Shown here one piece after another: positions 62,535 through 64,000 of a stretch of 64,000 nt of DNA (the stretch's first letter is position 1; the number at the start of each line of letters is the position of its first letter). The position numbers and the translations under genes were made by a program. The notes below the pieces were generated by a model. That model was not told where the DNA came from. It made no database searches and saw only the letters and a list, made by a program, of their open reading frames with translations. Source of the stretch: Botryllus schlosseri (lineage: Eukaryota); assembly GCA_051294905.1 (NCBI GenBank), contig CM119372.1:5270001-5334000 (forward strand). Reading direction: 5' to 3'.

Positions 62535-64000
62535 ATTTCACCGCGTATTATAACAATCATCATCGTCGACCTTTTGCACTCCTGTGGCGTACGGCTGTGG
62601 TGATACTTAATTTCTTAAATTACAACTCTAATACATGCCAACTTTACGGTGCCATCACGCATAATGCCTCACTTGCATCTCCCAAGTCACTGGAACTTGA
62701 TACTTATTTCAATCTACGAATACTTTCCATTTATCCCCAGCATTTCTCCACAAACGGCAGCCGTGCGGGGATCAACCTAATATTCAAAAATATTGGATCT
62801 AATACACTTATATTTCTTGCACCCTATTATCACTGCAGCTAAAGCAAGGCACTATTGACGACTCACTAAACACATGTTGTTTCGGCTGGAACTATGCAAA
62901 AATCTTTGACTAACAAATGTGGAAATATATGACACATGTGAGACGAGCAATCCCAATGATACAGTCACTGCTCAGTCTAGTCTCTTCACTATCATACGTA
63001 TTCCATTGTTGTACCCTTTGTATGTGTTCATTCGACTGTCTTAAATCCATAAGACGCTAACTTCGTGATTCTATAATGAATAAGACGTATCTAATTCTTG
63101 AGGGATATCGAGTTTTGTTTCTAGCTGATTCCATCCAACCGCAAAATTCAGAAATTCAATATTACAACTTGAGTTCACACGCGGTACCCTACCTAGTGAA
63201 TCCTACACGCACGTCGGCTATTCGACTACTACATACGGAGAATAAAGAACTTTCGGTATGCACGCGACGAATTCGTGGAGGTTAAATCGTGGGTTGAACT
63301 ATCAAATTCAGTCCAGTATAATTGACTTTCCGGGTGTGTCGACCAACAGTAGTAACACAGCCAGGGAGTTTACGTATTCGCTGAAGTGATCTTACCGGAA
63401 TGTGTTAGCATAGGTCGGTCTACTCGGAAATGATTTAGGGCCGTGTGTCTTACTCATAAAGCACAATAGTACGATTTCCAAGGAATAATCTCTCTCTGCA
63501 AATATTTATCCTTGGGTTCGTAAAGTTTAGGTTAGGATATAGTAAACTATCGCTTATTTACGACATTAAACGTCTCCTGGATACGATGGTTCTTATAGCA
63601 TATTCAAGACAATGCCGGTATAATATGTGTATATATATATATATATAATATATGGAGTTTAAGTTCAATTCCAGTATTTGATATTGATTGAGTCCGGATC
63701 CACGCTCCATTTAGGACTACTGTATGTTCGCTACATTTGCTAATTTTTACCAAGTATGACGTGATATGCGAACCCGTCCGTTCCCTCAGTTGATTGCGAA
63801 TCTACCCCACCCCACATGCTCAACTCGTTTCGTGTGTTTTAGCGAATCAAATGTTATGATTTATTACAATTAACCACAATGATTTATTCTTGTTCGTTTA
63901 GAATTATTTTTATCATTTCAAAACGCTACAAAATTGCGATAAAACCGAATGTCGCAAGAAAGCGAGACAGATATAGCCTACACAGCATCTATTCAATTCA

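Overview
Animal genomic DNA with spliceosomal GT-AG introns (57-69 nt up to several kb), AT-rich by eye and dense in transposon relics. It is not prokaryotic, and there are no rRNA, true tRNA or CRISPR features. A marine invertebrate such as a tunicate is my unproven guess. I assembled exons by hand and checked their reading-frame phase. Gene order: (1) the 5' half of a moonraker/KIAA0753 orthologue on the minus strand, running off the left edge; (2) a 281-aa plus-strand single-pass membrane ORF with no family I recognise; (3) a tandem array of three minus-strand AA15-type lytic polysaccharide monooxygenase (LPMO) genes with near-identical exon sizes. Two are intact (signal peptide, His-brace domain, S/T linker, CBM14). 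The third carries a nonsense codon, a destroyed splice donor and a lost cysteine. There is also a decayed partial duplicate of the 3' end of the second gene. All three share an approximately 10-residue insertion before the NY(N/G)DN motif. (4) About 13 kb with no gene I can support. (5) A minus-strand gene for a probably N-myristoylated protein with 6 ankyrin repeats, a ZU5-like domain and an acidic tail. Mobile DNA includes many hAT-type non-autonomous elements with 8-bp target-site duplications (TSDs), three long foldback elements (two P-like ones back-to-back in the same 7-bp target), a 5'-truncated CR1/L2-type LINE, tRNA-derived SINEs (one sharing the LINE 3' tail) and a probable LINE ORF1 start at the left edge. 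The LPMO array is the best candidate for an under-described system.
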